Shown here: piece by piece, positions 1 to 8,750 of the stretch
How positions within the stretch are numbered: position 1 is the stretch's first letter
How the letters are laid out: every line of letters begins with the position of its first letter
Assembly (NCBI GenBank): GCA_041740675.1
Contig: JBGSLN010000132.1
Span: forward strand, 1 to 36,419
DNA from: Gammaproteobacteria bacterium
GTDB taxonomy: Bacteria > Pseudomonadota > Gammaproteobacteria > JBGSLN01
Direction: 5' to 3'
DNA: 36,419 nucleotides
The notes under the pieces: generated by a model
Databases searched by the model: none
The model's input: the letters and a program-made list of their open reading frames with translations, nothing else
Told to the model about the DNA's origin: nothing
Position numbers and translations under genes: made by a program

Positions 1-55
1 AATTTAGTTAGCCATGAAATCATTATTACAAATTTTTCTTTGGGAGAATTTAATC

Positions 56-1777
56 ATGATATCTAATAAAACCTATACAACAACAACCAGTTATAGCCAA
101 ATTGAGGAATTATTCTCAGACAATATAGATGACAGGGATGAACCCATATTTAGTAATATACTCGAGAAAATACTAAATAAAAGATGGACATCAAAAGGGG
201 GATATAAAAACACTGAACAAAATAGTTTAGCAATGCTTAGAGAGATAAAAGAAGAACTTATAAGACATGCTAAATTTGATGAACAGAAACACCAATTTGT
301 TATCCATCGAAATGCTCATAGTGAAGAACAGATTCAAAATAAAGTAACATCAATATTTTATAACTACTCAACAAAAAATCCTGAATTATTATGGGATTTG
401 TACAGTCGTTTATGGTATTTGGAAGAAGCTAAAGCCTTAGTTGCTCTAGCAAAAGATATAGCTGGAACCGAGCCATCATACTACTTACAAACTTTAATGC
501 CGACAATAATTATTCCTGAGGCTGTAAATAGTGATTGCGATTTAATTAAGGATTTTGTTTTATTGATTGCTACAACTGGAAATTACTTATTAGCGGAAGT
601 AGCTACTATTACAGAAGTTGCTAATCGATGTATAACGCATGGTAGGCCTCTTTTAATGGCTAATGGACTCGAGAGAGAAATTAGCAATGCTAAATCGGTA
701 ATGAAAGCGGTCATGCGTTTTTTAAAAACTAATAAGGAAGAAAAACATAAAGAGATGTCTGAAAAGATTCAAGATATTATTGAAACTGAGGGAAAAGACA
801 TTGACCCCATAAAAACTGGTTTAAAAGTTAGAACAGCGCAGATTTTATATGATCTTGCTGTGTCAGGTTCTAGCGCTGAGGCAGACCGACCTGATGAGCC
901 TCAAGACCGTGATGCGGGAATGGATGATAAGTTTGCTTCAGCAATATGGCAAATTGGGGAGTTAGATGAAAATGACAAAGAAGAATATAAACGATTAGTG
1001 TTTTGTGTTATTGGAGGAAGAACATTTCAAAGCTATTATAAAACTGTCATAAATGGAAGTGGTAGTTGTGCAGGAACTTTTAAGCGTGATTTGGCTAAAT
1101 TCCTATATGAAAATGTGGATCTCTGTCATGAATGGAAGAAAAATTTAAAAGAGAGATATGCAACGGCAACAAAAGGTAGTGATAGATCTGAACATTGGAT
1201 ACCGTCAGAGGATAAAATAAAAATAATTATTAATCAAAACTACTCAAATATAAGTGTTAATAACATAGTATGTAAAAATGATTTAATACAAGAAAAGATA
1301 AATCAATTAAAAAGCAGCCTTCCTAAAATTGTTGAACAATTACAATTTGTTAAAAATAAATGTGATTCCATTAAGTTTTATCACTTACCTTCCTGTCAAT
1401 TTTTTCAAACGGGGATAGAAATTACCAATGAAGCGTGGCAATTGAAGGATACATTGTCTACTTGTAGTAAGCTGCTACAACAATATTTTAGCCTCGCTGC
1501 TGAACTTTGGGAATCTGTTGATGGCAATCCTGAAATTTATAATGATATACGTAGCTTCATTGGAGGATTGGCAAGTATAAGTGACTCTCCTATGATAGAA
1601 AATATTATAAAGGCAAGTATGTCATTTGAAAGTTTATTAGAAAAAAAATCAGAGGGAGCTATTGATAAAGCTTTGTATGATATTTTAATTAATATTAAAA
1701 TGCTTTTAACAACTTTAGAAAATTATGAGGTTTATATGGAAAAATCTCAGTATTGTCAGTTTGACGGTTCCTTTTAA
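56..1777 (+). CDS. Large hypothetical protein, with no family recognised. It is an effector-like orphan.
   Basis: The ORF track gives 14..1777. The ATG at 56 is preceded by GGGAGA (42-47), so I prefer it. I see no recognisable catalytic motif. There is an acidic, locally GC-richer patch (SSAEADRPDEPQDRDAGMDDK) and the C-terminal third looks helical. Confidence 0.6.
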   Translation: MISNKTYTTTTSYSQIEELFSDNIDDRDEPIFSNILEKILNKRWTSKGGYKNTEQNSLAMLREIKEELIRHAKFDEQKHQFVIHRNAHSEEQIQNKVTSIFYNYSTKNPELLWDLYSRLWYLEEAKALVALAKDIAGTEPSYYLQTLMPTIIIPEAVNSDCDLIKDFVLLIATTGNYLLAEVATITEVANRCITHGRPLLMANGLEREISNAKSVMKAVMRFLKTNKEEKHKEMSEKIQDIIETEGKDIDPIKTGLKVRTAQILYDLAVSGSSAEADRPDEPQDRDAGMDDKFASAIWQIGELDENDKEEYKRLVFCVIGGRTFQSYYKTVINGSGSCAGTFKRDLAKFLYENVDLCHEWKKNLKERYATATKGSDRSEHWIPSEDKIKIIINQNYSNISVNNIVCKNDLIQEKINQLKSSLPKIVEQLQFVKNKCDSIKFYHLPSCQFFQTGIEITNEAWQLKDTLSTCSKLLQQYFSLAAELWESVDGNPEIYNDIRSFIGGLASISDSPMIENIIKASMSFESLLEKKSEGAIDKALYDILINIKMLLTTLENYEVYMEKSQYCQFDGSF

Positions 1778-1792
1778 TTATTAATAGGATAT

Positions 1793-1825
1793 TATAATGC
1801 TGTCGATTTATTCAACAGCATTATA
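1793..1825. terminator. Perfect 11-bp inverted repeat hairpin between convergent genes
   Basis: TATAATGCTGT (1793-1803), an 11-nt loop, then ACAGCATTATA (1815-1825). It lies between the stop at 1777 (+) and the stop at 1892 (-). There is no clear U-tract on either side, so the terminator function is tentative. Confidence 0.4.
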
Positions 1826-1891
1826 TACGCCTCTGTTCTCTATAAAAAAAACTCAATCTATCAAATGTCAATTAGCTTTGCTGACGCAAAG

Positions 1892-2500
1892 TTAATTATC
1901 GTCTAATCCTTTGATCTCAATATCAAATGATTTTAATAAGCCTATCACATCTGGAAAAGAAAACTTCGCCTTTGCAATTTTGTTTTCTAATGGATTAATC
2001 AAGTAATTAATTGCACCGGTGAAATTAGCTTTACTAAGATTACAATGCTGGAACAAGGTTTTATAAAAATCAGTATAGCAAAGGCTTGCCCCCAATAAAT
2101 CTGCACCACGCAGATCCAATTCATGGGCTTTACATTGCTCAAATACAGTATCAATTAAATTTACTTCAAAAAAATTTCCCAAACTTAGATCACATTGATA
2201 AAATTTAATGGGCGAAGTAAGCTTTATCAGTGGCCATTTTATTTTAGTCCAATCAACACCTATCAATTTACAACTTTCAAATATCACATTCATTAATGAT
2301 GTTGAAGTAAACTTGGTTAGGGAAAGATTGCAAGCAATGAATTCACAATCAGTAAAACAGCAGTATTTAAAAAGAGTGTTCGAAAAATTACATTTTTTGA
2401 AACTGCAAGATTCAAACTGTTTTTTTTCTAAATTCTTTTCTGCTAAATCGATGTTTTCAAAAGTCTGATCATGATATTCAAATTGAAATGAGTCAAGCAT
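1892..2500 (-). CDS. Pentapeptide-repeat protein, in the Qnr/MfpA size class
   Basis: Tandem five-residue repeats with a central hydrophobic/Phe/Leu pattern run through most of the 202 aa (e.g. CNFSNTLFKYCCFTDCEFIACNLSLTKF and ADLLGASLCYTDFYKTLFQHCNLSKANFTGA). The start lies 8 nt downstream of the queF stop on the same strand. Confidence 0.8.
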   Translation of the reverse strand: MLDSFQFEYHDQTFENIDLAEKNLEKKQFESCSFKKCNFSNTLFKYCCFTDCEFIACNLSLTKFTSTSLMNVIFESCKLIGVDWTKIKWPLIKLTSPIKFYQCDLSLGNFFEVNLIDTVFEQCKAHELDLRGADLLGASLCYTDFYKTLFQHCNLSKANFTGAINYLINPLENKIAKAKFSFPDVIGLLKSFDIEIKGLDDN

Positions 2501-2508
2501 ATAAGCAA

Positions 2509-3369
2509 CTACTGCCGAAGCAATCGGTCATTATTAAGTTGATAGTTAATTTCTGTGGTTCTAAAAGGATTAATATCAATGCCCCCACGACGAGTATATC
2601 GTGCATAGACGGTTAATTCTTTAGGTTGACATCGTTTTAAAATATTCATAAAGATACGCTCTACACATTGTTCATGAAATTCATTATGTTCTCGCAATGA
2701 GATAATATATTTTAACAGTCCAGCATGATTGATTTTTTTTCCTTGATAATGAATATAAATACTGCCCCAATCCGGTTGATTGGTTACTAAGCAATTAGAT
2801 TTTAATAAATCTGAATTTAATTCTTCTTCAATTTCTGAATGTTGTGTGGCTGAATTTTCTGTTGTTAAAAAAGAGGGGTCAGGTTGATAAGTGTTAATGG
2901 CAATATCTAAGTGATCAATATTAATTCCTGGCAATCGACAGTTAGTCTGGAAATTGTGAATTTCTTGAACAAGAGAAATTTTAATTTTAATCGATGTTTT
3001 AGTTCCTTTACTTAAATCTTCGCTAATAATTTTTTCTAGCTGATCTTTATTTGTAAATTGCATTGCATTGAAGGAAATGAGATAGAGTTTCAACGATTTT
3101 GATTCAAAGATATTTTCTGAGTCAGCTGGAACTTCAATGGTTGCAATTGCAACCATTGGTTTACCTTTGTCATTTAACCAAGATAACTCATAAGCATTCC
3201 AAATATCAACTCCTGTAAAGGGTAATATATTGTTGATACCAATTTCTTTACGTTTGATTGTTCGAGGAATAAAAAATAATAAATTTGGATTATAAGAAGA
3301 TTCATAAGCAGCTTCTTTACCGAGTGGTGAAGCTGCTTTAAGTTTTTCTATATGGAGATCATTAGCCAT
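2509..3369 (-). CDS. queF: NADPH-dependent 7-cyano-7-deazaguanine (preQ0) reductase, two-domain type
   Basis: The 286-aa length fits type II QueF. The QueF motif ESKSLKLYL is present, the catalytic Cys sits in the context SNCLVTNQPDWGS, and the C-terminal region contains HEQCVERIF. Confidence 0.9.
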   Translation of the reverse strand: MANDLHIEKLKAASPLGKEAAYESSYNPNLLFFIPRTIKRKEIGINNILPFTGVDIWNAYELSWLNDKGKPMVAIATIEVPADSENIFESKSLKLYLISFNAMQFTNKDQLEKIISEDLSKGTKTSIKIKISLVQEIHNFQTNCRLPGINIDHLDIAINTYQPDPSFLTTENSATQHSEIEEELNSDLLKSNCLVTNQPDWGSIYIHYQGKKINHAGLLKYIISLREHNEFHEQCVERIFMNILKRCQPKELTVYARYTRRGGIDINPFRTTEINYQLNNDRLLRQ

Positions 3370-4795
3370 GTGCTGTTATAGCTCGGTTAACTAACGGTCT
3401 GATTAGCCACATAATTAATGCAATCGCTGCTGCAAATAATCCAATTTTTGCAAATACATTACAATAAATTTGCAAACTCATGTGTACATCTGTAATTACC
3501 CCAGTGGGTGGAACTGTTAACGCGCCTACCCAAGCTGAAATTGGACCAGCCAACATGGTAGTTAAAAACCAAATACCCATCACAAACCCGCTCATACTAG
3601 CAGGACATAATTCTGCAACCATTGCGAGGCCTAATCCAGAAATCAATAGTTCACCGGCAGATTGGAAAAAGTAAGTGAAGACCATCCATAAAGGGGATGC
3701 TAATCCGCTTGTTGCAGTAAACTGCGGAATATATAGGATTAAAAATGCAATAGCGCATAATGTCATCCCAATGCAAAATTTAGTTGCATGTGTCCCTGGT
3801 ACTCGGTGATAAATAACTGCTAATAATGGGGAAAGAATAAAGATAAATAATGGATTAAGAGCCTGATATTCTGCGGGAGGAATATTGATACCCCAAACAA
3901 GATTATTAATATTGTGTACTGCAAAGTAAGTTAATGAAGTGGGCATTTGATTATATAAAACGAAGAACATAATGCCTTCTAAAATTAAGATAAACGCTAT
4001 TAACATCCGCGAACGTTCAGATCCATGTAATTTTAAGGCTTTTGCCACAAACCAAATAAAACCACCTGTAGTTACTATACCTACAATGGTATAACAAATA
4101 AGAATATAATTTAATAACTTACCAAAAATTAAGGTTGCTAAAATAGCACCTATTATAACAACAAGTAACCTTGACCATTTGACAGGTTCACGGCCTGCTT
4201 CTGTAGAAATATGGGCGATTAAACCATAAAATGCATAAAAACTTAAAATACCGCAAAGTAAGCCGAAGGAACACACAATAAATGCAGCGGTCCAGCCAAT
4301 TTTTACTGCAATGATGGGTGTCAATGACATAGAAACAAATGCACCAATATTAATAGCCATATAATAAAGAGTCATTGCACTGTCGAGCGCAGGATCTCCT
4401 TTTGCATAGAGCTTAGAAATTAAAGAAGAAGGATTTGCTTTAAAAAGTGCATTACCGACTACGATAGCACCTAAAGCATAATAGACCGTGCTGGTTGAGG
4501 CAAAAGCCATACCAGCATAGCCAAGCATTAATATAATCGCACCTAGGACGATACAACGCTTTGCACCTAAATAATTATCCCCAATAAAACCGCCTACCCA
4601 AATAAAGCCATAAACAAAGGAAAAAAAAGCGCCCCACAGATAAATACTGTGTGCTTGGGAAAATCCTAAGTATTTTAAAAAATAAATTGTAGCAATTGCT
4701 TGCATCCCATAAAAACCAAAGCGTTCCCAAAATTCAACTGCCCAAAATACCCAAAATGGTTTGGACATACTAGAAATTGCACTCGCTTGTTTCAT
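3362..4795 (-). CDS. Proton-dependent oligopeptide transporter (POT/PTR2 family, Dtp-like)
   Basis: It has the ExxERFxYY-type signature EFWERFGFYGMQ, the PTR2 motif GGFIGDNYLGAKR and many hydrophobic helices. I moved the start from the ORF-track 4852 to the ATG at 4795, which has AGGAG 4 nt upstream. The gene overlaps the queF start by 8 nt. Confidence 0.9.
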   Translation of the reverse strand: MKQASAISSMSKPFWVFWAVEFWERFGFYGMQAIATIYFLKYLGFSQAHSIYLWGAFFSFVYGFIWVGGFIGDNYLGAKRCIVLGAIILMLGYAGMAFASTSTVYYALGAIVVGNALFKANPSSLISKLYAKGDPALDSAMTLYYMAINIGAFVSMSLTPIIAVKIGWTAAFIVCSFGLLCGILSFYAFYGLIAHISTEAGREPVKWSRLLVVIIGAILATLIFGKLLNYILICYTIVGIVTTGGFIWFVAKALKLHGSERSRMLIAFILILEGIMFFVLYNQMPTSLTYFAVHNINNLVWGINIPPAEYQALNPLFIFILSPLLAVIYHRVPGTHATKFCIGMTLCAIAFLILYIPQFTATSGLASPLWMVFTYFFQSAGELLISGLGLAMVAELCPASMSGFVMGIWFLTTMLAGPISAWVGALTVPPTGVITDVHMSLQIYCNVFAKIGLFAAAIALIMWLIRPLVNRAITAHG

Positions 4796-4912
4796 AAAAC
4801 TCCTAAAAAATTTGACTAAAAATTCTTTGCATTTATACTCAATTAAGTCCATAGGCTTAATTTAATAAGTTCAGGCCTTATATTCATCTATTCCAGAGCT
4901 TTAAATATTAGT

Positions 4913-5848
4913 ATGCAACTATCCAAAATAAGAACATTATCTTTTAGAACAAAGCTAATATTTATTGTCATTTTAATAGCGACAGGGCTCTTCCTTTTTA
5001 ATCTTTTTACATACAAATATCAAGCATCTTCTTATATTACTTTTAACGACTTGTTAATAATATTACCAGCATATCTTTTATATATATTTTCAAAAAATAT
5101 TAAGCAGAGCCATCCATCGGTATCCTTTGCGCTTGAAGGATTTTGGTCAATAATACTGGTATCCTTTGTTATTAATTATTTTACTATAACGATCCAATAT
5201 ACTCCTTTCAAATTACAAGATGCATTATTACAGCAATGGGATTTATGGATAGGTTTTAATGTTATTACTGTTGTAAATTGGTTTTATCAATGGCCAGCGT
5301 TTATTTTTTTGATAAAAGTAGCTTATAGTACCAATATAACACAATTAATGTTTATACCACTATTTTTAGCAATTTTGCAGCAAAGACGAAGACTCGACGT
5401 TTTTTTAAATGCCACTTTATTATCTTTTATTATTGGATTTTTAATTTACTATTTTTTTCCTACGTCGGATCCTGCCCATATCCTTGTAAATCCGCATTTT
5501 ACCAAACAGATGTATTCTGTGCCAGCGCGATTTTATGATATACAGCACTATATTCCAAATGATGATCTTTCAGGGGGAATTATTGGTTTCCCTTCTTTTC
5601 ATACCATTTGGGCAATTACGGCAGCCTATTCTCTAAAAAATTATAAAATTGTTTTTTATCCATTAATAGTGTGGAACAGTTTAATTATCATTGCAACCCT
5701 CGCATTAGGGTGGCATTTTTTGGTGGATACCATTGCAGGTGTGGTGATAGTGATCTTTTCAATCCTAATTGCAGAAAAGCAATCAAAACAACAAGATTAT
5801 CCATTAAAGGCTATGTTAGCGCTTTATAAAAGAGAATTAATCAAGTAA
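4913..5848 (+). CDS. Polytopic membrane protein with PAP2-type (lipid phosphate phosphatase / sphingomyelin-synthase-like) motifs
   Basis: Multiple hydrophobic helices. Near the C-terminus it carries GFPSFHT and GWHFLVDTIAG, which resemble the S-x-H and H-x3-D motifs of the PAP2 superfamily. No SD sequence is evident, so the start is uncertain. Confidence 0.6.
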   Translation: MQLSKIRTLSFRTKLIFIVILIATGLFLFNLFTYKYQASSYITFNDLLIILPAYLLYIFSKNIKQSHPSVSFALEGFWSIILVSFVINYFTITIQYTPFKLQDALLQQWDLWIGFNVITVVNWFYQWPAFIFLIKVAYSTNITQLMFIPLFLAILQQRRRLDVFLNATLLSFIIGFLIYYFFPTSDPAHILVNPHFTKQMYSVPARFYDIQHYIPNDDLSGGIIGFPSFHTIWAITAAYSLKNYKIVFYPLIVWNSLIIIATLALGWHFLVDTIAGVVIVIFSILIAEKQSKQQDYPLKAMLALYKRELIK

Positions 5849-6485
5849 AAATTAACTCAGTTTGATGGCTAATGATTAATAATACTTCGCCATTAATACT
5901 GATGCGAGCACTGGGATGAATCAAATGATTAGAGGTGCTCTCTTGTTTGGCAAATTCTAACTTCAATTCTTGCATATCATATTTTAAACCTTTGCTTGAA
6001 ACTATAGCTTTAGGAAAGGAAAGTAATGCTAAAGGTTCAATATTATCCGCAACTATGACAATATTTTTATTTTTTATATAATAAATTTTTTCAGTTTCGG
6101 TAAAAATTGTTATTTTTTTTATTTGAGGATACACACGTTTTAAAATGCGCAAATTATGTAGGCTATGATCTAAACGTGCACCGATTGCTTGGCAGATAGT
6201 AATGGATTTAGGTTGGAGATTAAGGGCAAAATCAATGCCTTTTTCTAAATCAGTTGAATCTTGGTCAGGTATTAAAACAAATTCAATGTTGTCAATAAGG
6301 TCTCGATCAACAGAATCAAAATCACCGAGTACAATATCTGGAACAATATTTCGTTCAATACAAGAAATAATTGCCCCATCTAAGGCAATTGTTTTTTTAT
6401 CTAATTGTAACTCTGTTAGCAATTCGAGAGGTAGTATTGGTCCATTAGCTATAATTAACCAATCTTGTTGTAAAAAATCATTCAA
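5841..6485 (-). CDS. Thiamine pyrophosphokinase (thiamine diphosphokinase, TPK)
   Basis: TPK motifs are present: VLGDFDSV, DQDSTDLEKG and GARLDHSLHN, followed by a beta-rich C-terminal domain. The gene overlaps the upstream PQ-loop gene by 8 nt. Confidence 0.85.
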   Translation of the reverse strand: MNDFLQQDWLIIANGPILPLELLTELQLDKKTIALDGAIISCIERNIVPDIVLGDFDSVDRDLIDNIEFVLIPDQDSTDLEKGIDFALNLQPKSITICQAIGARLDHSLHNLRILKRVYPQIKKITIFTETEKIYYIKNKNIVIVADNIEPLALLSFPKAIVSSKGLKYDMQELKLEFAKQESTSNHLIHPSARISINGEVLLIISHQTELIFT

Positions 6486-7155
6486 GCATGCCTACTCCTT
6501 TGAAAGATACGTCAGTTTGCGAAGATGGTTTATATCGATAATATATTCCTTGGCCAAGAACAATAAATTTTTGTGCCAGTGAAATTGGCACATAATATTT
6601 ACTAGGCCAATCATAATTTAATGCATAAGTAGTAATAACGTCACATAAAGCACTGAATATCGATACTAATACAAAGCTGGTACTCAAACCTTCAGTAGAT
6701 TTATTAGCATAATTCTTTATAATCTGGGGAATGAAGAAAGTAAACCAACAAAAATTTGAAATCATTCCAGCCATATCATAAAAAAACTTAGTATGCTTAT
6801 CGATTGTGATAGTCAATATTGCATAGCAAAAAAAAGTAATAAAGAAAATACTGATAAAATAAAAAATTTGTAGTTCAAAAAATGATTTTAAACCGTATTT
6901 CCAAAATTGAAAATGTTCAATTGCTAAATAGCATAAACCGAAGATAGTGACCATTCTATATTGAATAGGCATTTCTCGGCCAAAACCATAAACCAAATCA
7001 GCTAAATATCCTGCAACTAATAGGCCATGCATCCATAAACTCAATCCCGATGTGCTTTTTCGTTTGAATGTTAATCGTACCTGTGGCAAAAACCAAATAA
7101 AATAGAGAAAGGTAGAGATATTTAAACTAAGTTCACCAATCATATGTACATTCAT
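6478..7155 (-). CDS. PQ-loop repeat membrane protein with two PQ repeats, in the ~7-TM cystinosin/PQLC-like architecture
   Basis: Two PQ motifs lie roughly 115 aa apart, each followed by K-S-T-x-G-L-S (LPQVRLTFKRKSTSGLS and IPQIIKNYANKSTEGLS). The protein is hydrophobic throughout. Its start codon shares 1 nt with the MscS stop (TGATG). Confidence 0.75.
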   Translation of the reverse strand: MNVHMIGELSLNISTFLYFIWFLPQVRLTFKRKSTSGLSLWMHGLLVAGYLADLVYGFGREMPIQYRMVTIFGLCYLAIEHFQFWKYGLKSFFELQIFYFISIFFITFFCYAILTITIDKHTKFFYDMAGMISNFCWFTFFIPQIIKNYANKSTEGLSTSFVLVSIFSALCDVITTYALNYDWPSKYYVPISLAQKFIVLGQGIYYRYKPSSQTDVSFKGVGMLE

Positions 7156-7964
7156 CAGAGGCTCCCATTTTCTTTTTTAAGATGTAAGTCTAATTGTGGA
7201 AATGGTAAAGAAATATTTTCTTCAGAGAACTTTTGCTTAACAGCTTCCAGCAATTTATGTTTAGCAATAGTGTAATTCTCAGTTAACACCCAAAATCGAA
7301 CAAGCATTATAATTGAGCTATCAGCCAAATTAGCCACTCCTATAACAGGTTGTTCTGATTGTACAACAAAGTCAGCTGTTGATAACATTGTTTCAAGTAA
7401 ATTTTTTGCTTTTTGTAAGTCAGTTTCATAGCCAACACCAATTTCTATATCCAAGCGACGTAATTTATAAAATGATTGGTTAGTAATGGGATTAACAATA
7501 ATACCGTTATTGGGAATAAATATGCATTCATTCGAAGAGCTTTTTAATTGAGTCAAAAACAAATTAATATTAATAATGGTTCCGGAATTCCCATTTACTA
7601 CAATAAAATCCCCAATTTTAAAAGGGCGTAGAAATATAATCAAAAATCCAGCAGCAATATTGCTAAGAAAATCTTTTAATGCAAAGCCAATGGCCAGACT
7701 GCCTGCACCCAGCAGAGTAATAAGTGTAGCAGTAGGAACCCCTAACTTTCCTAAAGTCATAATAATAGTAATAACCAGAACAACAGAAAAAACTAAATTA
7801 GTGAGGAATGTTATCAGTATTTCATCATTTTTAATTTTCATTCCATGTTTTAAAAACCGTTTTAATATAGAAGCAATAGTTATACCAACGATAAGAATTA
7901 ATAAAGCAGCAAAAAGATGTGGTAGATATGACAGAATATAAGTCTCATAGGTTTTTAGTAACAT
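7155..7964 (-). CDS. Small-conductance mechanosensitive channel (MscS family)
   Basis: N-terminal TM helices are followed by the pore-lining Gly/Ala-rich helix (LLGAGSLAIGFALKDFLSNIAAG) and the beta domain FKIGDFIVVNGNSGTIININLFLTQLK, which is typical of MscS. Confidence 0.85.
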   Translation of the reverse strand: MLLKTYETYILSYLPHLFAALLILIVGITIASILKRFLKHGMKIKNDEILITFLTNLVFSVVLVITIIMTLGKLGVPTATLITLLGAGSLAIGFALKDFLSNIAAGFLIIFLRPFKIGDFIVVNGNSGTIININLFLTQLKSSSNECIFIPNNGIIVNPITNQSFYKLRRLDIEIGVGYETDLQKAKNLLETMLSTADFVVQSEQPVIGVANLADSSIIMLVRFWVLTENYTIAKHKLLEAVKQKFSEENISLPFPQLDLHLKKENGSL

Positions 7965-8045
7965 TTATTTGTTCACTCACATTATTTATAGTTTCAGCGT
8001 ATTAGTGCTTTTTGTTGCGATTTCTATCGCAGAATTTTGACTTAA

Positions 8046-8750
8046 CTACTCAACCATTACTTTTTCAATGGCCGTAACAATATCTTGCACTAATGATGTT
8101 TTACAATTTCCTGATAAATCAAAGTGTTTTTGGTTCATTTCAATTTCTATACCCAAGTAATATTTATTAGGAGTTTGTTTTCGTAAAAAAGAAGTAAAGC
8201 CATCACTCACTCCTCGATATGGGTAATTAAAGCGAATTTTAAAATCCTGGTTAATAAAATGCATAATTGATTTAAAATTTTCACAAAACTTTTTTTCTTG
8301 TAATCGTTGGGGGTCGTAAAGAAGACCAACATCATTATTTCGAAATTCCCCATTTAATTCAGGCGTAAAGCTATGTAATGACAAATGCAATACCGAAATT
8401 CTTCTAGAGTAATAATCATGAATATGGTTGCTTAGCCAATTGCGATAAGGATGATAATAATTTTTTAGTATATTATTTTTTTCAGTTTCAGAAAGATGTT
8501 TAGTAACATTTGAAAATAAATTTTTATTTTTTAAGGAACGGTTCAAGTCAATTAACAAACGACTCCATTGAGCAGCTTTATGTTGAGTCGCTAATTTTTT
8601 TTTGCAAATAGCGTGATAAAGCCTATCAGCGCCAATATCCGAACCACGGTGACTTTTAATCAGTTTTTGTTGATTGATAAATAAATGTGAATATTGAGTT
8701 GGAATATTTTTAGAAGCATGCTCACAACTTATTATTAATACAGATTTCAT
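8046..8750 (-). CDS. N-formylglutamate amidohydrolase (FGase) family hydrolase
   Basis: FGase-like motifs are present: ISCEHASKNIP, LHLSLHSFTP and NYPYRGVSDGFT. I moved the start from the ORF-track 8780 to the ATG at 8750. This gives an ATGA start/stop overlap with the upstream GCS2 gene. Confidence 0.75.
   Translation of the reverse strand: MKSVLIISCEHASKNIPTQYSHLFINQQKLIKSHRGSDIGADRLYHAICKKKLATQHKAAQWSRLLIDLNRSLKNKNLFSNVTKHLSETEKNNILKNYYHPYRNWLSNHIHDYYSRRISVLHLSLHSFTPELNGEFRNNDVGLLYDPQRLQEKKFCENFKSIMHFINQDFKIRFNYPYRGVSDGFTSFLRKQTPNKYYLGIEIEMNQKHFDLSGNCKTSLVQDIVTAIEKVMVE

Noticed and set aside
6202-6582. A 126-aa plus-strand ORF spanning the TPK/PQ-loop junction
   Set aside because: It is antisense to two overlapping genes with strong family motifs. 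The Ser/Ile-rich translation has no features. I treat it as a shadow ORF.
7576-7941. A 121-aa plus-strand ORF inside the MscS gene
   Set aside because: It is antisense to the MscS TM/pore region and is a mirror-hydrophobic artefact.
8016-8031. The hairpin TGCGAT-TTCT-ATCGCA in the 81-nt gap between the FGase-like gene and MscS
   Set aside because: The stem is only 6 bp, and on the coding (minus) strand it is followed by an A-run rather than a U-run. It is not a credible intrinsic terminator, though it may have some minor structural role.
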